Notes under the pieces: generated by a model
Database searches by the model: none
Told to the model about the DNA's origin: nothing
Seen by the model: only the letters and a program-made list of their open reading frames with translations
Made by a program: the position numbers and the translations under genes
Part shown: piece by piece, positions 63,774 through 64,000 of the stretch
Layout of the letters: each line of letters begins with the position of its first letter
Position numbering within the stretch: the first letter of the stretch is position 1
Source of the DNA: Negaprion brevirostris
Lineage: Eukaryota
DNA: 64,000 bases
Assembly: GCA_030324005.1 (NCBI GenBank)
Contig: JARDVH010000110.1
Span: forward strand, 69,196,341 to 69,260,340
Direction: 5' to 3'

Positions 63774-63985
63774 AAATAAAGAAGAGAAAATGCTGGAAAA
63801 TCTCAGTAGGTTTGGCAGCAACTGTGGAGAGAGAAACAGAGTTAATGTTTTGAGTCTGTGCAGCCACACAGACTTGAAATGATAATTCTGTTTCTCTCTC
63901 TACAGTTGCTGCCAAACCTGTTGAGTTTTTCCAGCATTTTCTGTTTTATTTAAGATGCTAATATCTTCAGTATGTTGCTTTAATA
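63774..63985. mobile_element. Penelope-derived hairpin element (near-perfect ~85-bp arms)
   Basis: GAAAATGCTGGAAAATCTCAGTAGGTTTGGCAGCAACTGTGGAGAGAGAAACAGA / TCTGTTTCTCTCTCTACAGTTGCTGCCAAACCTGTTGAGTTTTTCCAGCATTTTC. Confidence 0.85.
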
Positions 63986-64000
63986 TTAGATAGAAATTCA

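Noticed and set aside
50335-64000. Third constant exon
   Set aside because: No convincing phase-1 coding exon was recognised. It is probably beyond the window, though a short or gap-hidden exon cannot be excluded.

Overview
Vertebrate genomic DNA from a draft scaffold with N-gaps. It is almost certainly a cartilaginous fish, judging by HE1-like SINEs, a Deu-domain SINE, CR1 LINEs and shark-type Penelope-derived hairpins. The window holds the 3' end of a clustered protocadherin (Pcdh) subcluster on the + strand. Seven tandem ~2.45-kb variable exons (signal peptide, six cadherin repeats, TM, variable cytoplasmic domain) each have their own conserved promoter and end in an identical phase-0 GAG|GTGAG donor. 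They are followed by a heavily decayed eighth variable exon that the ORF track misses (~40.2-41.5 kb). Two shared constant exons follow: a 59-nt exon (VKQPNADWRFSQTHRAELN) and an unusually long 230-nt exon carrying a ~12x [V/A/I][Q/P/S][R/C][D/E] tetrapeptide repeat. No third constant exon was found in the window. The promoters share a rigid grammar: GCTTTAAG starting exactly 25 bp before an inverted CCAAT pair, whose spacer is 24-26 or 15 bp. They lack an obvious canonical CGCT/CTCF element, and 6 of 7 have an out-of-frame ATG at -16. The rest is intronic or intergenic and repeat-rich. Repeat boundaries are approximate and were read by eye.
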